Assembly: GCA_008369845.1 (NCBI GenBank)
Contig: MRSU01002028.1
Span: forward strand, 1 to 37,014
Direction of reading: 5' to 3'
Source of the DNA: Trichomonas gallinae
Lineage: Eukaryota
DNA: 37,014 bases
Both the position numbers and the translations under genes were made by a program. The notes under the pieces are model-generated. The model was not told the origin of the DNA. It made no database searches and saw nothing but the letters and a program-made list of their open reading frames with translations. Below, piece by piece: positions 1-8,220 of this stretch (positions are counted from its first letter, which is position 1; each line of letters opens with the position of its first letter).

Positions 1-623
1 TGAGCCTTGAACTCCTTGATGAGCTTAGCTTCCTTGTCGATGGACCAGATGTAGACCTTGCCGTCCCAGCAGCCGACAGCGATGACGAGTGGGGAGTGCT
101 CGTCAGCCATTGGAGCGCAGGCAACGGATGTGACCCAGGAGGAGCACTGGAGTTCAGCCTTGGCTTCAGCGAGGATGTTCCAGATCTTGACTGTGTTATC
201 ACGGCCGACGGAGATGATGCGGCGGTTGCATGGTGAGAATGTGACACCTAAGACATCCTTCTTGTGGCCAAGGAAGAGCTTCTTTGTTTGGCGTGTTGTG
301 AGGTCCCAAAGGCGGAGTGTGTTATCCCAGGATGATGTGAGAAGGTGTGTAGCATCGCGGGAGAGGGAAACATCAGAGACGAAGTGGTTGTGGCCAGCAA
401 GGCGTGTGTATGGCTGAGCCCACTGTTCCTGTGTGCGTGTGAGCTTCCAGAGGAGGGCTGTCTTATCGCGGGAGGATGAGACGAGCTTGTTGTGCTCGGC
501 ATCGACTTCGATAGCCTCGATAGCCTGGTTGTGGCCATAGAATGTAGCACGGGCTGTGAAGTGGGATGATGTTGTCTCTTCAACTTCAACTTGTTCAACT
601 TGTTCGACCTGTTCGGCAGACAT
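1..623 (-). CDS. RACK1: RACK1 / G-beta-like WD40 ribosome-associated scaffold (5' part; runs off the left edge of the window)
   Basis: Absent from the ORF track because there is no stop inside the window. Manual translation from the ATG at 623 gives MSAEQVEQVEQVEVEETTSSHFTARATFYGHNQAIEAIEVDAEHNKLVSSSRDKTALLWKL...LAGHNHFVSDVSLSRDATHLLTSSWDNTLRLWDLTTRQTKKLFLGHKKDVLGVTFSPCNRRIISVGRDNTVKIWN. These are the RACK1 WD repeats (SRDK, GH.HFVSDV, SWD.TLRLWDL, GH.KDVL.V.FS). Strong C-ending codon bias suggests high expression. Confidence 0.95.
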   Translation of the reverse strand, partial: MSAEQVEQVEQVEVEETTSSHFTARATFYGHNQAIEAIEVDAEHNKLVSSSRDKTALLWKLTRTQEQWAQPYTRLAGHNHFVSDVSLSRDATHLLTSSWDNTLRLWDLTTRQTKKLFLGHKKDVLGVTFSPCNRRIISVGRDNTVKIWNILAEAKAELQCSSWVTSVACAPMADEHSPLVIAVGCWDGKVYIWSIDKEAKLIKEFKA

Positions 624-630
624 GATAAAG

Positions 631-646
631 AAAGGCCAAAACCGTC
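631..646 (-). promoter_or_regulatory. Trichomonad M3 (Myb-like, GACGGTTT) plus M5 (CCTTT) core promoter pair for RACK1
   Basis: The minus strand reads GACGGTTT-TGG-CCTTT-CTTTATC-ATG. GACGGTTT (646-639) fits the T. vaginalis M3 consensus [AGT][AG]C[GC]G[TC]T[TAG] as recalled, and CCTTT (635-631) is the M5 element associated with ribosomal protein genes. Confidence 0.7.
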
Positions 647-1004
647 TCTATCGTTCTAAATTGTATGACTTTGTTACGATTATTCTCCCCTCAAATTATG
701 AACTATGGTTTTTCAGCCCCCTTATCTAATATAATTAGCAATCAGTTAATTAGTTTTTCGGATTTTTTTGAAATTATCATATTTTTCGATATTTTTTGCT
801 AGATTTTTTATTTTTTTTCAATTTCAAAAAATAATATTTTTGGATGATGATTAGTTATGTATAAAAATCGATAAGCTTCTTAAATTTCAGATTTTTCTAA
901 TCTGAAATTGGTATTATCAAATTTCAAAATTGGTATTTGATGAGATTTGTGAATTGTAAATGTAAATATATAAAGTAATAGTTGAGATATAAAATAATTT
1001 GTGT

Positions 1005-3614
1005 TTAGAGATTGTATCTTAAATAGATTGCGAAAGTGAATAAAATAAAAGTTAGAGTGACAAGGAAATATTCAATGTGGAAGCCACTCAAAAGATATAG
1101 AAACGGAATTCGAGATTCAATCTCGAGTTCTGCTAAAGGATTTTGTTGATTTTCTCCGCGAAGAATTATTTTAATCATTTTTGCTTTGGCAACATTATGA
1201 TGCGAGATTGAAAATAGAACCTTACCGTTGTTGCATGTTGAAAAGTATCTACCAAAGAAGAGATTTCCTGATAGAACAAATATTTCATATTTACCTCCAT
1301 TCACAGCATTGCCTGCTTGATCTAGAGGATAAAACTCAACAAAATGCGTATTATCTCGGAAGAAATGCTTCGATATAAATTTCATTGTTGAATTTACAAA
1401 AATTGATGGTAAATTAGCATGAATATCTATCTTTGTTCTGTGGCAGCATGCAAACTGCAGATATAATGATGTGTTTCCATAAGGAAATGTTGCATCAATA
1501 TTGATATCAAAGAAAAACTGACCATTTAGACCAGTTTGTGGAGGAACAGATGAATATGCTATTGAATTAGATGCAAAAACAAGTGATGGTTTTATCACTG
1601 CTGAGTTTAAAATCTTTTTTCGAATGTGATCAATGATAAAGAATGATATTCTAAACTGTTTTCCGTGTTTGACTTCGATAATATTATTTTTACGACTGAT
1701 GTTACATTGTATAGACATCAATTCAATTGAATTTTCTGGTTTTTGAATTGGAAAAGTGTTTTTAATTGGAATTTCGTTGTTAAAATAGAATTCATAGCTA
1801 AAATCAACACAATAGTCAACATAATCATCTATTTTTGTGTTGAAATCAATAGCTACAATTGAATTACTTAATATAACAGGAATTCCTTCAATTACTTTGA
1901 TTGTTTGGCAGCAAGATGTTATCTTTAAAGTAAATACATTAATAATATCAACTGTTTTTAACTCTTTTGCAGTCGAATTAATTTTTTGAATTTGAATTTG
2001 TTGTTCATTGAGGAAAATTATATGATCTTTGAAAACAGTTGCTGGTGTTATTTGAATATTAACATTGCCAAAAATGGATTTCTCTGAAATTGACAGATCT
2101 GAAACAATTAAAGATGAATTGAACTGGAAAACAAATGATTGTGAAGCAACAACACCATTAATTGCATCACCTACTTCAATGACAGCTTTCATTTTCCCCG
2201 GAAAAATCAATTTTTTGGTTCCAATAATATATTCGAACTTATTACATGCTTCAAATGGTTTAACTTCATTGAAATGAGGATAGTTAGATGTATCAAATAC
2301 AGTCAAACTTATTTGTGTTGATTCTGATAAAATATTATTAATTCCCGACCTTAAGATTGATTCTGCAATAATTGTAGATCCATAAGTAGCTGATGGATGC
2401 TTTTGTTCTGATAAATCTTCATTTTTGATATCAAAATTGAAATCAATTGGTAGAGAAACGTAAATTTCAGCTTTATAGTCTATTGTGTATTTAGCTGTAT
2501 TGGTTTCTGATAAACAAATTATGCACTGCACTTCATATTTTCCGAGTTTTTCAAAATCTAAATAATTTTGTGTCGTATATAATCCTGTTGACATATCTAG
2601 ATTCATACTTATATTTGTTATATGATTTGATGCATCTTTTAGCTTTAATTCTATATCGAGAAATGGATTTATGAAGATATTGAAGCTTGTTACCTTTAAT
2701 GCGAATCTATATTTCATATTAGGCTGATAAACAATGTTTTTCGATTCTATTGTTACATTTTGCTCATCAACTAAATATAAGTCTGTGTTGATATATTTTT
2801 GAAGTACATTTGTAATTTTTATGATCTTTGTGACAAAATATGTTTCTTGAATTGCATTCTTTTTGCATTCTAAATGAATTTTGAATTTCAAATTTGTTGA
2901 AGAATCGTTTAACAAGCTTAAATAGTAATACAACTGCTTACTTGTAAGATTATTTAATGAAATTCCTAGTGAAACTTGTCTTTCTATAAAAAATTTATTT
3001 TGCGAATTTTCAATTTCTTTGAATCCTTCATTTAAAAACGTACCAATTCGCTGGGATTTGGATATTGACATGCTTGGAAATTCGTATTTGTCGTCAAAGT
3101 AAAAATATCTGATCGTATTTTGTATTTTTGAATTATCGTAAGAAATTGTGGTCAATTTCATCATTGTGATGATTTTCTTTGCATAATATGTAGCAATTAG
3201 CGTAGGTTTATCATGTATTGTGTTTTTGAATAATCCTTCTTTTGAATCATAAAAATCAGTAAGAATTTTTGAGATTTTTGCTCCATCAAGTTGAATAATA
3301 GGTAGTGATGATAGTTTTAAGTAGTAATAAATCGCTTTCAATGATGTTTTTTCTCCAATTTTATATCCAACTCCTCCATCTCGATTAATTAGACGTTCAA
3401 TGTAGGATTTTGACGAAAGGAAGCTGATTTTGGAAAACAACCCAAATGTTGTAATCATATAATATGATTGCGCAAAAGTTTTGATATTTGGTTTCTTTCC
3501 TATTTCCGCAAATCCTCCATCCTTCGTCTGAAATGATCCAATAGATGAAAGTTGGCGCAGATAGGATGCGCTATCAAGCGAAATATAAAATAATGATGCG
3601 AATAAGAATAAAAT
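1005..3614 (-). CDS. Type I membrane protein with N-terminal prenyltransferase/squalene-oxidase-like repeats and a beta-rich ectodomain; start codon uncertain (ATT at 3614, first ATG at 3458)
   Basis: The 817-aa ORF from the ATG at 3458 is open for 60 more codons upstream (to 3638), encoding ...QLILFLFASLFYISLDSASYLRQLSSIGSFQTKDGGFAEIGKKPNIKTFAQSYY. Three related repeats: FQTKDGGFAE..KKPNIKTFAQSYY, LINRDGGVGY..GEKTSLKAIYY, FYDSKEGLFKN...DKPTLIATYYA. C-terminal TM YFLVTLTFILFTFAIYL. The stop codon lies in a TAAA context. Confidence 0.7.
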   Translation of the reverse strand: MLFLFASLFYISLDSASYLRQLSSIGSFQTKDGGFAEIGKKPNIKTFAQSYYMITTFGLFSKISFLSSKSYIERLINRDGGVGYKIGEKTSLKAIYYYLKLSSLPIIQLDGAKISKILTDFYDSKEGLFKNTIHDKPTLIATYYAKKIITMMKLTTISYDNSKIQNTIRYFYFDDKYEFPSMSISKSQRIGTFLNEGFKEIENSQNKFFIERQVSLGISLNNLTSKQLYYYLSLLNDSSTNLKFKIHLECKKNAIQETYFVTKIIKITNVLQKYINTDLYLVDEQNVTIESKNIVYQPNMKYRFALKVTSFNIFINPFLDIELKLKDASNHITNISMNLDMSTGLYTTQNYLDFEKLGKYEVQCIICLSETNTAKYTIDYKAEIYVSLPIDFNFDIKNEDLSEQKHPSATYGSTIIAESILRSGINNILSESTQISLTVFDTSNYPHFNEVKPFEACNKFEYIIGTKKLIFPGKMKAVIEVGDAINGVVASQSFVFQFNSSLIVSDLSISEKSIFGNVNIQITPATVFKDHIIFLNEQQIQIQKINSTAKELKTVDIINVFTLKITSCCQTIKVIEGIPVILSNSIVAIDFNTKIDDYVDYCVDFSYEFYFNNEIPIKNTFPIQKPENSIELMSIQCNISRKNNIIEVKHGKQFRISFFIIDHIRKKILNSAVIKPSLVFASNSIAYSSVPPQTGLNGQFFFDINIDATFPYGNTSLYLQFACCHRTKIDIHANLPSIFVNSTMKFISKHFFRDNTHFVEFYPLDQAGNAVNGGKYEIFVLSGNLFFGRYFSTCNNGKVLFSISHHNVAKAKMIKIILRGENQQNPLAELEIESRIPFLYLLSGFHIEYFLVTLTFILFTFAIYLRYNL

Positions 3615-3625
3615 TAGTTGATAAA

Positions 3626-3630
3626 AATGA
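3626..3630 (-). promoter_or_regulatory. Initiator (Inr) TCATT
   Basis: TCATTTTT on the minus strand; the putative +1 A (3628) is 14 nt before the in-frame ATT at 3614, within the usual trichomonad Inr-to-start spacing. Confidence 0.55.
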
Positions 3631-3927
3631 TTTTTTCTTTAATAAAAACAATAATATTTACCATGACATAACAATTTATTTATATTCGAAGTCAATTTTT
3701 TTTTTTTTGACATGCAATTTTTGCGACTCTATCATCATCTTAACAGGATCTAAATATTACAATTTATATCAGTTGGAACATTAGGAAATATATCCAACTA
3801 TTCGATCTATATACATGGCGCATTCAAACAACTCTCCTTATATTAGCAAGCAATGCATAATATACTGGGATTTTTTTGACAATTGTCAAATTTTAATTTT
3901 TCTATCTTTTGCATTATTTAGATGATT

Positions 3928-5097
3928 TCATTTCTTTTTGTAGTTTGCTGCTCTGTCAAACAGTATTTTTCTAAGATAATCTTTCATTTCCGGATTGTTT
4001 GTTAGCTGGACTATTTCGCTTGTCAGCTTGCATCCAATAGACAGCATGTAGTCGACGACTTCATAGTTGTTGCTCCAAATGGCAGAACACAAAGGCTGGA
4101 ATTTTTCCTTGTCAGCGCCTTTTTCTATGAGAAGCTTAACAACATCCAGCCAAGCGTTTTTGCACGCACATTTCAGCATCGTTCCGTCGAGTCCGTAGAC
4201 CTCATTGACATTCTTGGCTGTCACGTGTCTCTGGACAAATTCGACAGTAATATCGTGAAAACCGTTTGACATCAATATGTCAAGTCTCGTCCACCCAAAT
4301 GTTTGAGGCTTTCTCATGTAGTAAATGAAGGCCCTCGTGTTCATCCACTCGAGACATTCCAATGTTTTCACTTCGCTCTCTCTCGTCTTCATGTTCATCT
4401 TTATCCAGTCGGCGACGTCGTTCCTGTGGTACTTAATCGCGTACATGAAGGCGTGCGAAAAATCGAATTTCATATTCATCGCGATTCTCAAAATTTCGAG
4501 ACTTCCACCTTGTATCGCTGATTCCACCGTGTGGCTTATGACCTGCTCTTCGACATTGTTCTGTATGATGAACTTGAAGCACTTCACTGCGGCGAATTTT
4601 GCAGCCAAATCTAGATCTTCTATTCTCAAATAGAAATTGGAGTCAGACGTAAGGTCAATTAGCTCATCTACCATGTCATGAGCGATATAGTATTCCGCAG
4701 CTTGTGTTTCTCTATCATAAATGTCGCAGATTCTTTGTATTTTTTGTTTCGCATCAGGATAGCCTTTGAAATCACGCTGTTTTTCATTCAGTAACTTCTT
4801 TAGTGGTGATTTATTATACCATGTTTCTGATACCGGAATGTTTTTCTTTGTATGTTCAACAATTTTGGAATATATCTCTGAGATTTCGAATAATCGAAGC
4901 GGTACGATTTCAGATACTCTGTATGCAAGTCTAAGGAAGTAAATTGTCGTTAATGGATTGCTTACAAGATATTCAATAATATTATCGCCGAATTCTTCGT
5001 AATTATTTGAATTTACTAACAGAAATGAGTCTTCCAGTTCAAGAAGATCTGCGACAGAATCCGTTATTTCTATTTCTGATAACAAAGAAGATCGCAT
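3928..5097 (-). CDS. Ankyrin-repeat protein (Trichomonas-type expanded family, DUF3447-like region)
   Basis: Likely start is the ATG at 5097 (MRSSLLSEIEI), not the TTG at 5154. Motifs: LDLAAKFAAVKCFKFII, AIQGGSLEILRI, AFMYAIKYHRNDVADWI, then ankyrin repeats TMLKCACKNAWLDVVKLLIEKGAD and PLCSAIWSNNYEVVDYMLSIG. Confidence 0.85.
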   Translation of the reverse strand: MRSSLLSEIEITDSVADLLELEDSFLLVNSNNYEEFGDNIIEYLVSNPLTTIYFLRLAYRVSEIVPLRLFEISEIYSKIVEHTKKNIPVSETWYNKSPLKKLLNEKQRDFKGYPDAKQKIQRICDIYDRETQAAEYYIAHDMVDELIDLTSDSNFYLRIEDLDLAAKFAAVKCFKFIIQNNVEEQVISHTVESAIQGGSLEILRIAMNMKFDFSHAFMYAIKYHRNDVADWIKMNMKTRESEVKTLECLEWMNTRAFIYYMRKPQTFGWTRLDILMSNGFHDITVEFVQRHVTAKNVNEVYGLDGTMLKCACKNAWLDVVKLLIEKGADKEKFQPLCSAIWSNNYEVVDYMLSIGCKLTSEIVQLTNNPEMKDYLRKILFDRAANYKKK

Positions 5098-5948
5098 CAA
5101 CCAAAAAACAACAAAATTATGAAATGGATTCCTCACAAACACATCAAAAACCAAATATACAGCATATTCTGATATTGCTAGGCATTAAATCAATATTTTT
5201 ATATATTTTTTGATTCTATTGCCTATAAGAGTCATGACTCGACATAACCAAACACAAAAAAGCACTGATTCACGAAGAGATGCATATTCATAGAATGTAT
5301 TTGAAATATCTGATAATATAAAGCAGTTGACAAATACTGTTGAAATATATTCAATTAAATGAAGCGCAAAACTGTTTTGAAACGTTTATTATATGTATTG
5401 TCGTGAAATTAATTTTGTTATAATGAAAATTTCATTAAATGAATAGCTGGTTATATAATTCGACATATACAGCAAGAGTAATTGATAAGGTTTAATCCTT
5501 TTCAATCCTATTTCTAACAACAAAAAGGTTCTTTATGAAGTTGAATGATTTATGACAAAATTTTGCCAATTTTCTGATTAATTACTTCGCAATTTTTGCC
5601 AAACACATTTTTTTGCAATCATCACACATAACCAATTCAACAGATTAAAATGTCAATAACTTTACATGTCAAAAAATCATTATTGTTATATATCATATTT
5701 ATATTGATTTTTTTTCGCAAAGAAACGAAAACAAAACAAAAAAAAAATTGTAATAAAATTAGAAATTCTATTTTATAATAAAGATATATAACTAGGAAAA
5801 TGCAATAAAAGGAGAAAATTCTAAAATAAGGTTAAGATTTTCAAATCAGTTAATTTTGTTCAGTAGAATGATAAGATAATATATCTTTATCAATGATTTG
5901 AGAAATTTCTCAATTTATTTGTGAAGTTTACGTTGTAACATTTTTCCA

Positions 5949-7934
5949 ATTTTTTTCCTTTTAGAGTTGTCTATTAGAATTAAATCATCACTTGATGATG
6001 TTATTGCCGAAAAAGAAGATACACCATCATTTCTGCCGGTATCTGATGATTCAAACAATGAATCCATATTTTTAGAATCAAGAATTGATCAAGAGACAAC
6101 AATTGGCTACAATATACTTGTATCAAATACAAAGAGAACAGATTATGAATACTATACAAGCATTGTTAAGGTTTTGCATTCTAAATTTAACAATAATTTT
6201 GCTTTTGGCTGCGGATTTTCAGGGCCGAATGGTGGTGCAATTTTTACTTACATATCACAAATTACAATACAAACTTCAATATTTGAAAAAAACTATGCTG
6301 CAATGGGAGGCGCATTATATTGTTTGGCAACACAAGCTTTGGTTAATGAAAAGAGCACATTTGTTAGTAATATAGCCTATTTGTCTGGTGGAGCAATCGC
6401 AGTTAATGGACTTCAAAGTAATATAATTTTTTTCAACGCTTATAATTCGAGTTTTACAAACAATGCTGCCAAAAATTCAGGTGGTGCCTTGCATATATCA
6501 GATTTTGTTGACTCATACTTCGAAAATTGCTTATTTTATCAAAATTCAGCTTCAGAAGTCGGTGCAGCTTTAGATATAAGCAGTTCACTATGTTATTTAT
6601 TCAATTGCTCGATAATAGAAAATAATGCAGGCAACTACACTCCAATAGACTCAACAAAGAAATATTTCCCAAATAAAATTACATATAATTTGCCTTTTGG
6701 ACGCGGTTGTGGTGGGATACATGCAGTATCCGATCTACAATATAAGGAACACACATTAGCGGTTGATAATTGCACATTTGTTAATAATTATCATATTAAT
6801 TCAGCGTATAACTCTTCTATTAGCAGCCAAAAGGGTTCTGATATCATGTCATATTCAATGAAGTTAAGTATTCTCTTCAGTAATTTCACCTTAAAATATG
6901 AAAATTCTGTTTATCATGATAACACGTTTGGATTGATCAACTTTAGGTGCAATTTCGAAACAAAGCAATCTAGTCCATATTATTACTTTGATAGTCAAAT
7001 AAATTTCACTGATCACGCAAATTCTCCATTAAGTCCAATGATCAGACCATATTCTCCAACTACTTATGGATATGTCACATATATACCATCTCCAACAACT
7101 TATACTTATCAAGCAACACAAATTACAAGAAATCCAATTAATTTATCTACAACTCTAAGCATAAACTACCCAAGTTTTGCCACTCATTTGAGCTTGAGCA
7201 GGATTCCATCACACTCAGTAACTCCAACTCTGTTTCCAACTCCTTCAAGAAGTCCTTCTCCACATCCTTCAAAAAGTCCTTCATCAACTCCTTCAAGAAG
7301 TTCTTCATCAACTGCTTCTTCAACACCAGAGGCAACGATAAGTGGAAAGACAAAAGTTCTAACTGCTACTTCAGTCATAGTCAATACATTTGTCAACACG
7401 TCATCGAAGACAGCTGTGATTACAAAAACTTTAATGTCGACGATCACAGAATCAGAGTCCATCGTCGATAATGAAAAAGTCAATGTTGAGTCAACATATA
7501 TTTACGAAACAGAAACAGCCATCACAACAATTAAGTACATTATCATCAACACAGAAATAATTTCTGAGACATCAATCATCGTTATTATTGATCTAGATAA
7601 AGAACCAAGCGAGAATACGCAAAGCAGCATGACAGCAGGAAGACTGATTCTGCTCGCAACTATTGGAATTGCTGTTGTTTTTGCACTTGCAGTCATCGGC
7701 CTCACTTTATACAGAAGAGTCAATAAGGTGACGACACCAGACTCATATTATTCTTCTGATGAAACAAGCAGTTACATGGAGATGAATCAGACAAGAGAGA
7801 ATCCAACAATCATTAAATTTGATGATCAAGACGATAATGACATGCTCAGCCGGTTCCGATCTGCAGCAAACAATGATGATGCTGGCCACGAATGTGAAGA
7901 TGAAGATGAATTCTACATGAATGGTGAATTCTAA
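5949..7934 (+). CDS. Pmp-like (Chlamydia polymorphic membrane protein-like) beta-helix surface protein; start codon uncertain (ATT at 5940 or 5949, first ATG at 6303)
   Basis: Repeated FxxN/GGA[IL] motifs (NGGAIF, FEKNYAAMGGALY, FVSNIAYLSGGAIA, FTNNAAKNSGGALH, FYQNSASEVGAALD), a Ser/Pro/Thr stalk (PTPSRSPSPHPSKSPSSTPSRS), a TM helix (LILLATIGIAVVFALAVIGLTLY-RR) and an acidic cytosolic tail. The frame is open from 5925 and carries a hydrophobic IFPIFFLLELS segment. Confidence 0.8.
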   Translation: MFFLLELSIRIKSSLDDVIAEKEDTPSFLPVSDDSNNESIFLESRIDQETTIGYNILVSNTKRTDYEYYTSIVKVLHSKFNNNFAFGCGFSGPNGGAIFTYISQITIQTSIFEKNYAAMGGALYCLATQALVNEKSTFVSNIAYLSGGAIAVNGLQSNIIFFNAYNSSFTNNAAKNSGGALHISDFVDSYFENCLFYQNSASEVGAALDISSSLCYLFNCSIIENNAGNYTPIDSTKKYFPNKITYNLPFGRGCGGIHAVSDLQYKEHTLAVDNCTFVNNYHINSAYNSSISSQKGSDIMSYSMKLSILFSNFTLKYENSVYHDNTFGLINFRCNFETKQSSPYYYFDSQINFTDHANSPLSPMIRPYSPTTYGYVTYIPSPTTYTYQATQITRNPINLSTTLSINYPSFATHLSLSRIPSHSVTPTLFPTPSRSPSPHPSKSPSSTPSRSSSSTASSTPEATISGKTKVLTATSVIVNTFVNTSSKTAVITKTLMSTITESESIVDNEKVNVESTYIYETETAITTIKYIIINTEIISETSIIVIIDLDKEPSENTQSSMTAGRLILLATIGIAVVFALAVIGLTLYRRVNKVTTPDSYYSSDETSSYMEMNQTRENPTIIKFDDQDDNDMLSRFRSAANNDDAGHECEDEDEFYMNGEF

Positions 7935-8220
7935 TTTTATTATATTTATTTGTTGTTTTTTTAAATAATTAATATTGAAAACAAAAATGATTTTTCATAT
8001 TATTGTAATTAGCATTTTTCACCTTTTGCGAAGAACGTAATACTCTTTCATTAACAATGCGCAAATCTCAATGAATAAGATGTAACAACAAGATATAACA
8101 AATACGAGCATTAGATTATAAACCAGATTTTTACTATGCAGAATAATTCATGTATTGTATTTGAAAGTTCATAAAAAATAACAATTTAAATAAAACATAC
8201 AATTTATAATATAAAAATAA

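Noticed and set aside
58..598. ORF-track entries 58..417 (+) and 248..598 (-)
   Set aside because: Antisense and off-frame shadows of the GC-richer, codon-biased RACK1 gene.
3637..3661. Possible 25-nt GT...AG intron (GTAAAT...TTAAAG, minus strand) that might supply an ATG
   Set aside because: Splicing from the ATG at 3664 gives the wrong frame and an early TGA; splicing from the ATG at 3669 creates TGA at the junction; the trichomonad branch/acceptor motif (CTAAC...CAG) is absent.
3545..3784. 79-aa plus-strand ORF
   Set aside because: Low-complexity and antisense to the 5' extension and promoter of the minus-strand membrane-protein gene; no motif.
5921..5964. Polypyrimidine tract ending in TTTTAG as a 3' splice site for the Pmp-like gene
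   Set aside because: Lacks the trichomonad ACTAAC...CAG consensus, the nearby upstream ATGs hit stops within 2-3 codons, and the tract reads better as a hydrophobic signal sequence. Cannot be fully excluded without cDNA.
7200..7330. TCCTTCA/CTTCATCAACT-type short repeats
   Set aside because: They encode the Ser/Pro/Thr stalk of the Pmp-like protein and are not an independent repeat or CRISPR array.
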